From positions 6,429 to 70,428 of the forward strand of contig JAUNJX010000002.1 of the NCBI GenBank assembly GCA_030533005.1: 64,000 bases of DNA. The letters are read 5' to 3'. How positions within the stretch are numbered: the stretch's first letter is position 1; the number at the start of each line of letters is the position of its first letter. A program made the position numbers and the translations under genes. Positions 52,344 through 62,321 of this stretch are shown here, piece after piece. The notes under the pieces were generated by a model, which saw nothing but the letters and a program-made list of their open reading frames with translations, searched no databases and was not told where the DNA came from. The stretch comes from Clostridia bacterium. Its GTDB lineage: Bacteria; Bacillota; Clostridia; Christensenellales; CAG-138.

Positions 52344-53831
52344 TTATTTATGATAGAGCTTTTTGCTCTGGTACTGCGGCTCGCAGGTGATATTGACGCC
52401 CAGCTTTTTGAATACGCCTATATCCACGCCCGAAAGTATGACGCTCGAGTGCGCCTCGCACCCCTTGAGCTTGCCAAGCTGCTGCATCGCAAGCTCCGCC
52501 GTGGGGTTGGTGGCGGCGCAAATGGTAAGGGCGATCAAGATTTCGTCCGTGTGCAGCCGGGGGTTGGTGTTGCCCAGATGCGCGGTCTTTAGGTGCTGGA
52601 TGGGTTCTATGATGATGGGGGCAATGAGCGGGATGGAATCGTGTATGTTGCCCAGCGCCTTGAGGGAGTTGAGCAGCAGCGCTGAGGACGCGCCCAAGAG
52701 CGAGCTCGTTTTGCCCGTGACGATGCGTCCGTCGGGCAGCTCCAAGGCGGCGGCGGGCGCGCCCGTAGCTTCGGCCTTAGAGAGCGCTGCGCTCACCACC
52801 GGGCGTATCTCCGGCGTGATGCCCGCCTGATTCATCAAAAGCTTGATCTTGACCACGCCGCCTTCGCCGGATAAGCCCTGCCGGAAGGCGCAGGCCTCGG
52901 CGTAGTAGCGGCGGATGATCTCCTGCTTGGCGGCGTCGCAGCACGCCGCGTCGTCGCAAATGCAGTTGCCCACCATGTTGACGCCCATGTCCGTGGGGGA
53001 TTTGTAGGGGCATTCGCCGTAGATTTCCTTAAATATCGCCTCCAACACGGGGAAGATCTCCACGTCCCGGTTATAGTTGACCGTCGTGACGCCGTACGCC
53101 TCCAAGTGGAAGGGATCGATCATGTTCACGTCGTTGAGATCGGCGGTGGCCGCCTCGTAGGCGAGGTTCACCGGATGCTTGAGCGGCAGGTTCCAGATGG
53201 GGAAGGTCTCGAATTTCGCGTAGCCCGCGTGCACGCCCCGCTTGTTTTCGTGATAGAGCTGGGATAAGCACGTCGCCATCTTGCCGCTGCCGGGGCCGGG
53301 CGCTGTGACGACGACGAGCGAGCGGGTCGTTTCGATATAGTCGTTGCGGCCGTAGCCCTCCTCGCTTACGATGAGGTCGGCGTTGGCGGGGTATCCCGCG
53401 ATCGGATAGTGCCGATACGCCTTTACGCCAAGCTTCTCCAGCCGCGCCATAAACGCGTCGGCGCTGGGCTGGCCAGCGTACTGCGTGAGCACCACGCTGC
53501 CCACATACAGGCCGATGGCGCGAAACGCGTCGATCAGGCGCAGCACGTCAAGGTCGTAGGTGATGCCAAGATCGCCGCGCACCTTGTTCTTTTCGATATC
53601 GCCCGCCTTGATGGCGATGACGATCTCCGCCTCGTCCTTCAATTGCAGCAGCATCTTGACCTTGCTGTCCGGCGCGAAGCCAGGGAGCACGCGCGACGCG
53701 TGAAAATCGTCAAAGAGCTTACCCCCAAATTCCAAATACAGCTTGTCGCCAAAGCGGGAAAGCCTGTCCAAGATGTGTTCGGACTGCATCTTTAAATATT
53801 TCTCGTTATCAAAGCCTATGGTATGCAACAC
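52344..53831 (-). CDS. DUF1846 (UPF0371) family protein
   Basis: GTG start after GGAGGTGA. Product [47 protein letters not shown] matches the family. Confidence 0.85.
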   Translation of the reverse strand: MLHTIGFDNEKYLKMQSEHILDRLSRFGDKLYLEFGGKLFDDFHASRVLPGFAPDSKVKMLLQLKDEAEIVIAIKAGDIEKNKVRGDLGITYDLDVLRLIDAFRAIGLYVGSVVLTQYAGQPSADAFMARLEKLGVKAYRHYPIAGYPANADLIVSEEGYGRNDYIETTRSLVVVTAPGPGSGKMATCLSQLYHENKRGVHAGYAKFETFPIWNLPLKHPVNLAYEAATADLNDVNMIDPFHLEAYGVTTVNYNRDVEIFPVLEAIFKEIYGECPYKSPTDMGVNMVGNCICDDAACCDAAKQEIIRRYYAEACAFRQGLSGEGGVVKIKLLMNQAGITPEIRPVVSAALSKAEATGAPAAALELPDGRIVTGKTSSLLGASSALLLNSLKALGNIHDSIPLIAPIIIEPIQHLKTAHLGNTNPRLHTDEILIALTICAATNPTAELAMQQLGKLKGCEAHSSVILSGVDIGVFKKLGVNITCEPQYQSKKLYHK

Positions 53832-53974
53832 GCATCACCTCCCCAAAGTATCCTGTTTACCATTTTAGCAGAAAAAGAGAAAAGAAGGGATAGAAATTGC
53901 AAAGAGTGTGCTATAATTTTTATGGGAACCCAAAGGGGTATCCATTCGTATTATTGATGTCGAAGGAGAGCGCC

Positions 53975-54499
53975 GTGAAAGCATGGGATTTTGACGCCGC
54001 CTACCGTGCGTATGCGCGCATGGTGTACTGGACGGCATACGGCATACTCAAAAGCGATAGCGACGCCATGGATGTATCGCAGGATACGTTCATGCGAGCC
54101 ATCAAGCATGAAAAAAAGCTTGCCGCCATGACGGACGCACAGCAAAAGGGCTGGCTGTACCGCGTGGCCTATAATTTGTGCATGGATAAAAAGCGGCGGG
54201 AAAAGCGGGAGTTTCCAAGCGAAACGGAGGAGCTTTTCGACGGGCCCGATATGGATCAATCGACGCTGCCCGAGGCCGCGGCCTTGAGCAAGGAGCAAAA
54301 GCGGCTCGTGCGGGACGCGATCGACGCGCTGCCGGAGGTCTATCGGGAGACGGTGGTGCTGCATTACTTCTCCGGCCTCCCCTACGAGGAGATCGCGGCG
54401 CTGACGGGGGCGAGCGAGGGAACCATCAAATCCCGCATGTCCCGGGCGAAGGGCAAGCTGCTGGAAACGTTGAAAAAAGGAGGTGAGATACATGGCTGA
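53975..54499 (+). CDS. ECF-type RNA polymerase sigma-70 family factor
   Basis: GTG 53975 is 6 nt after GAAGGAG (alternative start ATG 53957). Region 2 DAMDVSQDTFMRA and region 4 YRETVVLHYFSGLPYEEIAALTGASEGTIKSRMSRAK. Confidence 0.85.
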   Translation: MKAWDFDAAYRAYARMVYWTAYGILKSDSDAMDVSQDTFMRAIKHEKKLAAMTDAQQKGWLYRVAYNLCMDKKRREKREFPSETEELFDGPDMDQSTLPEAAALSKEQKRLVRDAIDALPEVYRETVVLHYFSGLPYEEIAALTGASEGTIKSRMSRAKGKLLETLKKGGEIHG

Positions 54500-55496
54500 C
54501 GAACTGGATAAGATGCTGTTTGCGCTTGGCGACGAAGCGGACGCGCAGGTGGATTACGACGCCATGTATCGCGCCATCAAGCAAAAGCAAAGAAGCGCGA
54601 AGCCCGCGATGCACTATGCACGGTGGGGCGCTGTGGCCGCGTGCGCCCTCGTCCTTGCGGGCGTGAGCCTGTTTGCGCTGCGCGGCGGCGCGGGGAAGGG
54701 CTTTGCGGACATGGCGGCACCCGCGGCGGAAGCGCCCGCGCCCGCGGCGGCAGAACCGCAGATGGCCGCCTATGCGCTGGACAGCGCCGTGACGGAAAGC
54801 GCCGTGGAGGAAGCCGCGCCCGCGGAGATGGAGATGATGGACGCGGCGGCGGCAGAGAAGGACACGGCGGCGGGCGCCGTGCAGGGTCGTGCGGAAACGA
54901 CGATGGCCAACGCACCCTATGCGCGCCTTATCAACCGTGAAAACGCCAACACGCTGACGGCGGCGGATGTACCGCAAAGCCTCATGCGCGTCGCGGGCGC
55001 GGGGCTGCCCGCGAACGTCACGCTCAAGCGCGGGAAGGAAATGGCGGACGAAACGGCAACGAGCGCTTTCCTTGCCATGATGGAAGCGGCGCAAGCGGAC
55101 GGCGTGGAGGGCTTTTATCTGGTGAGCGCCTATCGCTCCTATGAGGAGCAGCAGACGATCTGGCTCAACAAGCTTGAGGAAAACCCCGATTACGGTGCAA
55201 ACGGCGAGCCTGTGGCGAGCATGCCGCCGGGCAGCAGCGAACACCAGACCGGCCTTGCCTTTGACATCACGGCGGTGGATAACAAGGCCATGCGCGCCGC
55301 CTTTGCGGATACCCCGCAGGGCGTATGGTTACGGGAAAACTGCGCGTCCTTCGGCTTTATCCTGCGGTATCCAAAGGATAAAGAGGATATCACCGGCGTC
55401 GTGTACGAGCCGTGGCACTTCCGCTATGTCGGGGAGGATATGGCAAAGTATCTGACGGAGAACGGGCTTGCACTTGAAGAAATGAGTAATGAGTAA
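54492..55496 (+). CDS. single-pass membrane protein: short anti-sigma-like N-terminus + extracytoplasmic VanY/M15B D,D-carboxypeptidase domain
   Basis: ATG 54492 after GGAGGTGAG, overlapping the sigma gene by 8 nt. TM segment WGAVAACALVLAGVSLFAL and an Ala-rich linker. M15 motifs SEHQTGLAFD and EPWHFRYVG. Confidence 0.8.
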   Translation: MADELDKMLFALGDEADAQVDYDAMYRAIKQKQRSAKPAMHYARWGAVAACALVLAGVSLFALRGGAGKGFADMAAPAAEAPAPAAAEPQMAAYALDSAVTESAVEEAAPAEMEMMDAAAAEKDTAAGAVQGRAETTMANAPYARLINRENANTLTAADVPQSLMRVAGAGLPANVTLKRGKEMADETATSAFLAMMEAAQADGVEGFYLVSAYRSYEEQQTIWLNKLEENPDYGANGEPVASMPPGSSEHQTGLAFDITAVDNKAMRAAFADTPQGVWLRENCASFGFILRYPKDKEDITGVVYEPWHFRYVGEDMAKYLTENGLALEEMSNE

Positions 55497-55605
55497 TGAG
55501 TTGGGCAGACCACTTTTGATAAAACCAAACAGCACGGCGCAAACCTTCTCGTTTGCGCCGTGCTTTGTTTTTTCTTACCCAACCTCAAATTACCTATTAC
55601 TCATT
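55481..55605. mobile_element. MITE-like element, copy B (TIR AATGAGTAA / TTACTCATT)
   Basis: Left end AATGAGTAATGAGTAATGAG (55481-55500) and right end TTACTCATT (55597-55605). Internal hairpin AGCACGGCGCAAAC-CTTCTC-GTTTGCGCCGTGCT + T-run (55531-55573). Confidence 0.7.
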
Positions 55606-55833
55606 GAATACAAGGTACGGCTTGAGCTTGTCAAAATCCTCCGGCTCGCTTAAAACAAGCTCGATGCCGTCCACACGCTGATCCTGAAACATCTGCGTCA
55701 GCGCGATGTACTGGCACAGGGTGGAGCGCATGTTGAGCCTGTCCCCCTCGTCGGTGACGAGCTCCACGCGACCCTTACAGGTGTTGATGGCGCGGAAAAG
55801 CTCCGCGGGCTCTGCGATATTGCGAATTTGCAT
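55597..55833 (-). CDS. hypothetical 78-aa protein
   Basis: ORF coupled to the upstream MBL gene (start 3 nt after its stop); no motif recognised. Confidence 0.55.
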   Translation of the reverse strand: MQIRNIAEPAELFRAINTCKGRVELVTDEGDRLNMRSTLCQYIALTQMFQDQRVDGIELVLSEPEDFDKLKPYLVFNE

Positions 55834-55835
55834 GG

Positions 55836-56498
55836 CTATTCCTCATCCTCATTCCAAGGGTGCTTGTATTCCAGCACCACGATGCGATCCTCACCCAGAC
55901 TGTCGCGGGTAAGCGTGAGCTCATCCTCCCGCATGCGATGTATCGCACAGTCGCGCGAGGCGTTCAAAAAGGGCATAAGCTCCTCAAGGCTGATGTTGCA
56001 GTCGGGTGTGGCGTAGTGCATGGGGATGGATACCTTGATGTGCAGCAGGTTGCAAAGGTCCAGCGCCTCCCGCTCGGCGATGGTGTAGGTGCCGCCTATG
56101 GGCACGAGCAGCACATCCACCTGCTTGATGGCGGCGAGCGTTTCTTCATCCGGCAGCGCGCCAAGGTCGCCCGCGTGCAGGATGCGGATGCCGTCCACCT
56201 CCACAAGGTACATGATGTTGCTGCCGCGAAGCTTGCCCTGCTCCTTATCGTGGAAGGTGGGAAAGCCCGTGATGCGCATGTCCTTTAACGTGAAAACGCC
56301 GGGCGTTGTGAACTGTTGTGCGCCTATGGCAAGCGGGAAATAGGCGTGATCGTAATGATCGTGGCTGGAGGTCACGCCATCCACTTCTCTGGGCGGTATC
56401 AAATACCCCGTCTCGGGAGAGGGGGGGTCCATCATCAGCGTCGTGCCCGCTTCGCTTTGCAATACGAAGCAGGAGTGTCCCAACCATGTGATCTGCAT
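55836..56498 (-). CDS. MBL-fold metallo-hydrolase
   Basis: ATG 56498. Product MQITWLGHSCFVLQ...SHDHYDHA carries the H-x-H-x-D-H type motif. Confidence 0.8.
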   Translation of the reverse strand: MQITWLGHSCFVLQSEAGTTLMMDPPSPETGYLIPPREVDGVTSSHDHYDHAYFPLAIGAQQFTTPGVFTLKDMRITGFPTFHDKEQGKLRGSNIMYLVEVDGIRILHAGDLGALPDEETLAAIKQVDVLLVPIGGTYTIAEREALDLCNLLHIKVSIPMHYATPDCNISLEELMPFLNASRDCAIHRMREDELTLTRDSLGEDRIVVLEYKHPWNEDEE

Positions 56499-56502
56499 AC
56501 TT

Positions 56503-56874
56503 TTATACCTCGTCTCTGTACAATAAGCGGGCGATGCAGCCCGCAACGCTGCCGCGATCGTTCCAATAGGCCTGCCGATCCTTGAGCGGCACGTTTTTGC
56601 CTATGCGCAGCGCCGCCTTTGCGGCCAAGCGCCGACGCACATCCTTCGCCTTGGGAGAAGCGCAGCGCGCGGCGCTCCAAAGCGCTAAAAACAGGGCTTC
56701 CTTTACCGTGTCGTCCAACTGCGCGCCGCCCTTGCGGGCACGCATGCGCATCCGCGCGAGGGCATAGCCCGTCTCATCCCACAAATCTTCGGGCAGCGGC
56801 GGCAAAGGCTCCTGTAGTATATGATCCATGGCCGCGCGATAGAACGCGTCGGGATATTGGGAGAAATGCCGCAT
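56503..56874 (-). CDS. hypothetical protein
   Basis: 123-aa ORF with its own promoter and an RBS-like GGACGGAG; no recognisable motif. Confidence 0.5.
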   Translation of the reverse strand: MRHFSQYPDAFYRAAMDHILQEPLPPLPEDLWDETGYALARMRMRARKGGAQLDDTVKEALFLALWSAARCASPKAKDVRRRLAAKAALRIGKNVPLKDRQAYWNDRGSVAGCIARLLYRDEV

Positions 56875-56900
56875 AGGATGCTCCGTCCGATTGATATTTC

Positions 56901-56929
56901 ATAATAATATATATTGAAAAGACTGTCAA
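56901..56929 (-). promoter_or_regulatory. candidate promoter of the 56874-55597 operon
   Basis: Minus strand TTGACA (complement of 56924-56929), 17-nt spacer, TATTAT (complement of 56901-56906). Confidence 0.5.
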
Positions 56930-56984
56930 CAAAAAAACGATCTTCGGGCAGGATTTGCTTGACGATACGCAGGAAATGCAAGAA

Positions 56985-57013
56985 TTCGGGAAAGGCGTTC
57001 CGCCTTTCCCGAA
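56985..57013 (-). terminator. hairpin after ypeB
   Basis: TTCGGGAAAGGCG / CGCCTTTCCCGAA perfect 13-bp stem with a 3-nt loop just after the ypeB stop; weak T-run. Confidence 0.45.
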
Positions 57014-57017
57014 AGCA

Positions 57018-58514
57018 CTATAGCACCAATTGTCCGTCCTCGCTGTCGATGATGCGGAAGATCTGCTCCTCCTCGCCCGTTTGGGCGTTGATATAGAGGA
57101 TGTAGGCGTCCGTACCCAGCGCGCATTTGAACTCATAGCAGAGCACCTCGGTCTGCGCGTTGAGCGGGATGAGCGCAAGCGCGCGATCCTGCACCGTCAG
57201 GCGGGAGGAAAGAAGGCTTTCCGCCTCCTGCAGGGTGATGGCGGGGGCGGGGAGGCTGCGCCCGGTGTGGCTGAAAAGATAGTTGCGCGCGTCCATGCCC
57301 ACGACCTCGAGCGTCTGTCTGTCCACCCACACCTTGATAAGGTCGCTGTAGAGGATGACGTTATCCTGCGTGGCCGCGCAGTTGATCAGCGCGCACCCGC
57401 CGTAGTACTGCGCGTAGGTGGCGCGCATGCTGGCGTAGCCAAGGGTGGAAAGATACTTGAGCGCGATATCTCGGTAGCGGGCGGTCTCACTTTGGGGCGG
57501 CACGCCGTTCAGCTCCGTTTCCGCCTGCCCCATGTGCCAAAGGAGATGGCCGCCCTTTGCGGTGATGGAAACATCCACGTTTTTGCCGTTTTCATCCTGC
57601 CCGCAAAAATCAAAGCTCTTGATGCGCCCGTCGGAAAGCCCGCAGAAGGTGAGGGGGTGCCCTACGGCCTTTTCGGCGATGGCCTGCGCCTGCTCCTGCG
57701 TCACAGGCGTGCCCGTAAGACCCTTGGGCTCCGCCTTTTCCGTGCTTTCGGAGAAGGGGCCGTCATAGATGAGCGTCGGGAATTCCGTGATGCTCTCCTG
57801 CGATTTGCTGGCGTCCCCACCCGCGGCCGCACTATCCGGCGCAGCGCTTTGCGGGGGCGTACTGGTTTGTGCGGCGGTGGGGGCGGCGGTGGCGCTGCCC
57901 CCGGGCCCCCCCCCGCCGGGGCTTGCGCTCGCATCCGGCGTGAGCCCCGGCGTCGCGGCTTCGCCGCCCGCCGCCCCGTCCTCCTCCGGCGCAAAAAAGG
58001 CCGCGCCGTCAATGCCCTCCGTGGGGAAATCGCCGTCCTCAAGGCGTGTGCGAAGGTCGCTTGCAAGCCCCTTGCTGATGGAATAGAGCGTGTCGAGCTG
58101 TTCGGTGTCCTCCGCACTCATGGGCGTACCCCGCACGGCCTTTGCCGTGAGCGTGTGCGCGTAATCGCCCAGCTGCACTACAAAGCGGTTGAGCGGCTCC
58201 GTGTTGAGGTGGGATTGCGGTATTTGGGAAAGCAGGCTCGCCGCCGCCCCTGAAAGCCGCCACACGTCGTCCAGCAGCAGCACGGTCTGGTTGGGCGCGT
58301 TCACCGCCTGGAGCTTGCCCAGCGTCACCGAAAGCTCGCCCATGGTGTCCGCAAGCTCCACGAAGGCGCGCGTATACATGTTGGTGGCCGCGATCTCGTA
58401 GCTTTCCGCCTTGGCGCTGCGCGCAGCGCCCCATATGCTGACCGAAAGCAGCGCTACGCCAAGCGCTATGGGGATGGCGACGCGCTGTAGGGTGTTCCAT
58501 GTTTTTTCACTCAT
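57018..58514 (-). CDS. ypeB: germination protein YpeB
   Basis: N-terminal TM segment and YTRAFVELADTMGELSVTLGKL...DDVWRLSGAAASLLSQIP, similar to Bacillus YpeB. C-terminal PepSY-like repeats. Downstream of sleB. Confidence 0.8.
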   Translation of the reverse strand: MSEKTWNTLQRVAIPIALGVALLSVSIWGAARSAKAESYEIAATNMYTRAFVELADTMGELSVTLGKLQAVNAPNQTVLLLDDVWRLSGAAASLLSQIPQSHLNTEPLNRFVVQLGDYAHTLTAKAVRGTPMSAEDTEQLDTLYSISKGLASDLRTRLEDGDFPTEGIDGAAFFAPEEDGAAGGEAATPGLTPDASASPGGGGPGGSATAAPTAAQTSTPPQSAAPDSAAAGGDASKSQESITEFPTLIYDGPFSESTEKAEPKGLTGTPVTQEQAQAIAEKAVGHPLTFCGLSDGRIKSFDFCGQDENGKNVDVSITAKGGHLLWHMGQAETELNGVPPQSETARYRDIALKYLSTLGYASMRATYAQYYGGCALINCAATQDNVILYSDLIKVWVDRQTLEVVGMDARNYLFSHTGRSLPAPAITLQEAESLLSSRLTVQDRALALIPLNAQTEVLCYEFKCALGTDAYILYINAQTGEEEQIFRIIDSEDGQLVL

Positions 58515-58535
58515 GCTGTGCGTCCTTTCCGGCTC

Positions 58536-59207
58536 CTAAAAGAAGGCATGGGAGCCTATGGTGATCTTGATGGGCTTCTCGCGCATCCACGCGCTGGTGG
58601 ATTTGGCGGGGTTGTGGTAGTAGAGACAGCCGTTGGTGGGGTCGTAGCCGTTCATGGCGTCGCGCGCGGCGCGGATGGCTTCGGAATCCGGGGCAAGGTT
58701 GATCTGCCCGTCCGCCACCACGTCAAATGCGCCGCTTTGGTATACGACCCCCGCAACGGAGTTGGGGAAGGAAGCGCTGTTCACGCGGTTCAACACCACC
58801 GCCGCGACCGCCACCTTGCCCTTGTAGGGCTCGCCGCGCGCCTCGCCGTAGACAAGGCGGGCGAGCAGGTACGCGTCGTTGCTGCCGCTGCTGCTTTCCC
58901 CTTTATTTGCAGAGGAGGAGGCGCCGCCAAGCTGCATGCCCAGCGCCCGCGCCGTGGCCTCGCCCACTACGCCGTCGGGCGTCAGGCCGTTCTTTTGCTG
59001 GAAGGTGATGACGGCCTTTTGCGTGGCGGGGCCGAAATGCCCGTCCGCGTTGCCGCCGTAATAGCCCCAGCGCTTGAGCTTGGTCTGCAATTGCTTGACC
59101 TCGTCGCCCTTGCTTCCAAGCTGCAAGCTGGCCGCCCGCGTCGCCGCGAACGCGCCAAACAGCAGCAGCAGTGAAAGGAGCAGCAGTATGCTATTGCGTC
59201 TGTTCAT
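58536..59207 (-). CDS. sleB: spore cortex-lytic enzyme SleB
   Basis: Signal peptide, PG-binding repeat GSKGDEVKQLQTKLKRWGYYGGNADGHFGPATQKAV, and hydrolase-2 domain ARLVYGEARGEPYKGKVAVAAVVLNRV. Confidence 0.88.
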   Translation of the reverse strand: MNRRNSILLLLSLLLLFGAFAATRAASLQLGSKGDEVKQLQTKLKRWGYYGGNADGHFGPATQKAVITFQQKNGLTPDGVVGEATARALGMQLGGASSSANKGESSSGSNDAYLLARLVYGEARGEPYKGKVAVAAVVLNRVNSASFPNSVAGVVYQSGAFDVVADGQINLAPDSEAIRAARDAMNGYDPTNGCLYYHNPAKSTSAWMREKPIKITIGSHAFF

Positions 59208-59757
59208 GGGTTGTATCTCCTTTATCCATCCATTCTTGCAGGAGGCTTTTCCACTTTACGCTGCCATCCTCCTCATACTCAATGTCCCCATCCTGCGCCT
59301 CCACTATGCACAAAGGGGGAAAGAGCACGCACCACCAGTTTTTACCTTTTCCCTCGCCCAAGACCACTCGAAGCGCCGTGTATGCGCCCGCGGGGTATAC
59401 GGCGTCGCCGTAGCAGCGAAGCGGGAAGGGGTATACGCCCATACACAGCCGTGCGCCGTAGGCAAAGCCGTTTTCACGAAGCACCGCTTCGGCGGTGCGC
59501 TGTATCATCGCCGCGTCCTCGCGTATGACGGCCTGCGCCGCCTCACGGGAGGAAGCGCAAGCGAGGCGCTCGCCCTCCAAGTCAAGTATCGCGTCCCGCA
59601 CCCTAAGCTTCACCGCCTGATCCGCAAGGGAATCGGAGGCTGCGAGGATGTGCAGCCGTAAAACGCCCGCCATAGGCTTGTCCTGCACCCTTACGGCGCA
59701 AAAAAGCAGGCAGAGGGACGCAAGCAGCATGGATAAAAGAGAAATGTATCGTTTCAT
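59191..59757 (-). CDS. spoIIR: stage II sporulation protein R
   Basis: ATG 59757. Motifs LRLHILAASDSLADQAVKLRVRDA and GKNWWCVLFPPLC are SpoIIR hallmarks. Confidence 0.85.
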   Translation of the reverse strand: MKRYISLLSMLLASLCLLFCAVRVQDKPMAGVLRLHILAASDSLADQAVKLRVRDAILDLEGERLACASSREAAQAVIREDAAMIQRTAEAVLRENGFAYGARLCMGVYPFPLRCYGDAVYPAGAYTALRVVLGEGKGKNWWCVLFPPLCIVEAQDGDIEYEEDGSVKWKSLLQEWMDKGDTTHEQTQ

Positions 59758-59805
59758 AAGAAGGATTATGTACAAATCCGTGCAAAAGTAGACTATAATA
59801 ACCGT

Positions 59806-60618
59806 ATGATTTTACAGGCGCACGCAAAAGTCAATCTTACCTTGGACGTGCTGGGCAAACGCCCGGACGGCTATCATGCGCTGCGCACCGTGATGGCTGC
59901 GATCTCGCTTGCGGACGAGGTTTCCGTCCATCCCGCGCCGGACGTGCGGGTGAGTGCGGACGCGGCGCTGCCCGCCGACAACACGGCGTACCGGGCGGCC
60001 ACGCTGTACCAAAAGCGCTATCGTTGCGGCGGCGCGCATATGCATATAAAGAAGCGCATCCCGTCGCAGGCGGGCTTAGGCGGCGCGTCGGCGGACGCGG
60101 CGGCGGTGCTCAAGGCCATGCAGTCCTTTTACGGCGCCGCGACGGAGCGGGAGCTTTACGCCCTTGCCCGCGAGGTCGGCGCGGACGTGCCCTTCTGTTT
60201 GCACGGCGGCGTGGCTCTGTGCGAGGGTGTGGGGGAGATACTCACGCCCCTGCCCGCGATCCGTTGCCCCATCGTGCTTCTTAAGGGTGAGGGCGGCGTA
60301 TCCACGGGCGCGCTGTTCGCGTCACTTTCGCTGCCCGTCGCGCACGCGGGGAGCGAGCTTGCCGTAACCGCCATACAGCAGGACGACTTACGGACGCTCG
60401 CAAGCGCCTTGGGCAATGCCTTGCAGGCGTCTGCGGAAAAAATGTGCGGCGAGATCGCCGAAAATCTGCAAAGGCTCAAGGAACTGGGTGCGTTGGGCGT
60501 TTGCATGAGCGGCAGCGGCGCGTGCGTGTACGGCTTGTTTGAAAGCCGCGCGGCGGCGGCGCGGGCAGTCGAACAGCTAGCGGATGCGCCGTTTGCATGT
60601 GTGAGCGAATTATGCTAA
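59806..60618 (+). CDS. ispE: 4-(cytidine 5'-diphospho)-2-C-methyl-D-erythritol kinase
   Basis: AHAKVNLTLDVLGKRPDGYH and GHMP motif PSQAGLGGASADAAAVL. Confidence 0.9.
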   Translation: MILQAHAKVNLTLDVLGKRPDGYHALRTVMAAISLADEVSVHPAPDVRVSADAALPADNTAYRAATLYQKRYRCGGAHMHIKKRIPSQAGLGGASADAAAVLKAMQSFYGAATERELYALAREVGADVPFCLHGGVALCEGVGEILTPLPAIRCPIVLLKGEGGVSTGALFASLSLPVAHAGSELAVTAIQQDDLRTLASALGNALQASAEKMCGEIAENLQRLKELGALGVCMSGSGACVYGLFESRAAAARAVEQLADAPFACVSELC

Positions 60619-60664
60619 TATAACAGGCGAAAAAGCGGCTTCTGTTTTTAAAAAAGGAGAGACT

Positions 60665-62026
60665 ATGGCACATATTGCAGAGCATAAGAAAATTCATTTG
60701 ATCGGTATCGGCGGCTGCTCCATGAACGGCCTTGCCATGATTCTGCGCGCGCGCGGGTATGAGGTGCAGGGCTCGGATAAGGCGGCGTCGCCCTTTACGG
60801 AGCGGCTGGCACAGCTTGGTGTGCCCGTCATGTATACGCAGGCGGCGGAAAACATAGGCGACGCGGACTTAGTCATCTATTCGGCCGCCATTAAGCCGGA
60901 TAACCCGGAGCGCGTGGCCGCGAAAGAGCGCGGTATCCCCGAGATGGAGCGCTCCGTAGCGCTTGGCGAGATATCTGAAGCCTATCAAGAGGTCGTGGGG
61001 ATCGCCGGGTGTCATGGCAAGACCACCATCACCTCCATGCTCGCGCTTATCAGCGAGAAGGACGCGCTGGACGCGACGGTGCATGTGGGCGGCTTTGTGG
61101 ATTTTCTGCACGGCGGCACGCGCGTGGGCTCGCATGCGCTTTTCATCACCGAAGCGTGCGAGTATGTGGAGAGCTTTTTAACGCTGCGGCCTACGGTCGC
61201 GCTCATCAATAACATAGACGACGATCATTTGGATTACTATAAGGATATCGACGCCATCACGGAGGCGTTCGTCAAATTCCTCGCGCTTTTACCGGAAAAC
61301 GGCCTGTTTATCGGCTGTTCGGACGATCCGCGCGTGCGCGCGCTCCTTGCAAACCACAAGGGTCGCACCCTTAGCTACGGCATGGCGGACGCGGACTATA
61401 CGCCCGCGAACCTTTGCTATGACGAGGAGGGCGCGCCCGCCTTCGACCTCATGCACGGCGGGGAAAGCCTTGGCCGATTGCAGCTTCATGTGCCGGGGCA
61501 GCATATCGTGATCGACGCCATGGCCGCAGCCGTTACGGCGCTGCAGCTTGGCGCAGGCATGGATACCATTGCAGAAGCCCTTTCGGAATTCCGCAATACC
61601 CGTCGCCGCTTTGAGTTCTACGGCGAACGCGGCGGCGTGAAGGTGTACCACGATTACGCGCACCATCCCGCAGAGATCCGCGCGGCGCTCGACGCGGCCT
61701 CCCGCGTGCCGCACGGCAAGCTGTACTGCGTGTTTCAGTGCAACAGCTACACGCGCGCAAAGACGCTGTTCACGCAGCATGTGGATTGCTTTGCAAACGC
61801 CGATACCGTGCTTGTGCCGGATATCTATCCGGGGCGCGAAAAGGACGACGGCTCCGTCCACGCCCGCGACATGGTGGCGGGCATCAACGAGGGCGGCGGC
61901 AACGCCATCTACCTTGGCACCTTTGAAAACATCCGCGATTATCTTGATGCAAACATGCAGCCCGGCGACCTTGTGATCACCTTGGGCAGCGGCGACGTGT
62001 ATGTGCAGACGAGGAAGCTGCTGTAA
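60665..62026 (+). CDS. murC: UDP-N-acetylmuramate--L-alanine ligase
   Basis: IHLIGIGGCSMNGLAMIL and GIAGCHGKTTITSM; RBS AAAGGAGAG. Confidence 0.92.
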   Translation: MAHIAEHKKIHLIGIGGCSMNGLAMILRARGYEVQGSDKAASPFTERLAQLGVPVMYTQAAENIGDADLVIYSAAIKPDNPERVAAKERGIPEMERSVALGEISEAYQEVVGIAGCHGKTTITSMLALISEKDALDATVHVGGFVDFLHGGTRVGSHALFITEACEYVESFLTLRPTVALINNIDDDHLDYYKDIDAITEAFVKFLALLPENGLFIGCSDDPRVRALLANHKGRTLSYGMADADYTPANLCYDEEGAPAFDLMHGGESLGRLQLHVPGQHIVIDAMAAAVTALQLGAGMDTIAEALSEFRNTRRRFEFYGERGGVKVYHDYAHHPAEIRAALDAASRVPHGKLYCVFQCNSYTRAKTLFTQHVDCFANADTVLVPDIYPGREKDDGSVHARDMVAGINEGGGNAIYLGTFENIRDYLDANMQPGDLVITLGSGDVYVQTRKLL

Positions 62027-62109
62027 CGCCATGCGTAATCGCGCCCCGCGGGGCGGGATCGTCAGCGGTCAGCCGAAAGCCGAGAAACCTTTTCGATAAA
62101 GATGAAGAT

Positions 62110-62157
62110 CGCCCGCGCCGGGACGGACAGAGCCGTCGGCGCGGGCGTTGCCTTTTT
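62110..62157 (+). terminator. terminator after murC
   Basis: CGCCCGCGCCG (62110-62120) / CGGCGCGGGCG (62137-62147) followed by TTGCCTTTTT. Confidence 0.6.
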
Positions 62158-62321
62158 GGCGAATACCTGATATACTATACGAATTCAAATCACATTATGT
62201 TGAGAAACCGACTTTTAATCAAACGACAGGCCTATACCGTGCCATGTAAAACATGTGCTGAAACGTAATCAATGAACGAAACAACCGAACAAGGACGACA
62301 TTTTATGGGGGGAAAGAACCT

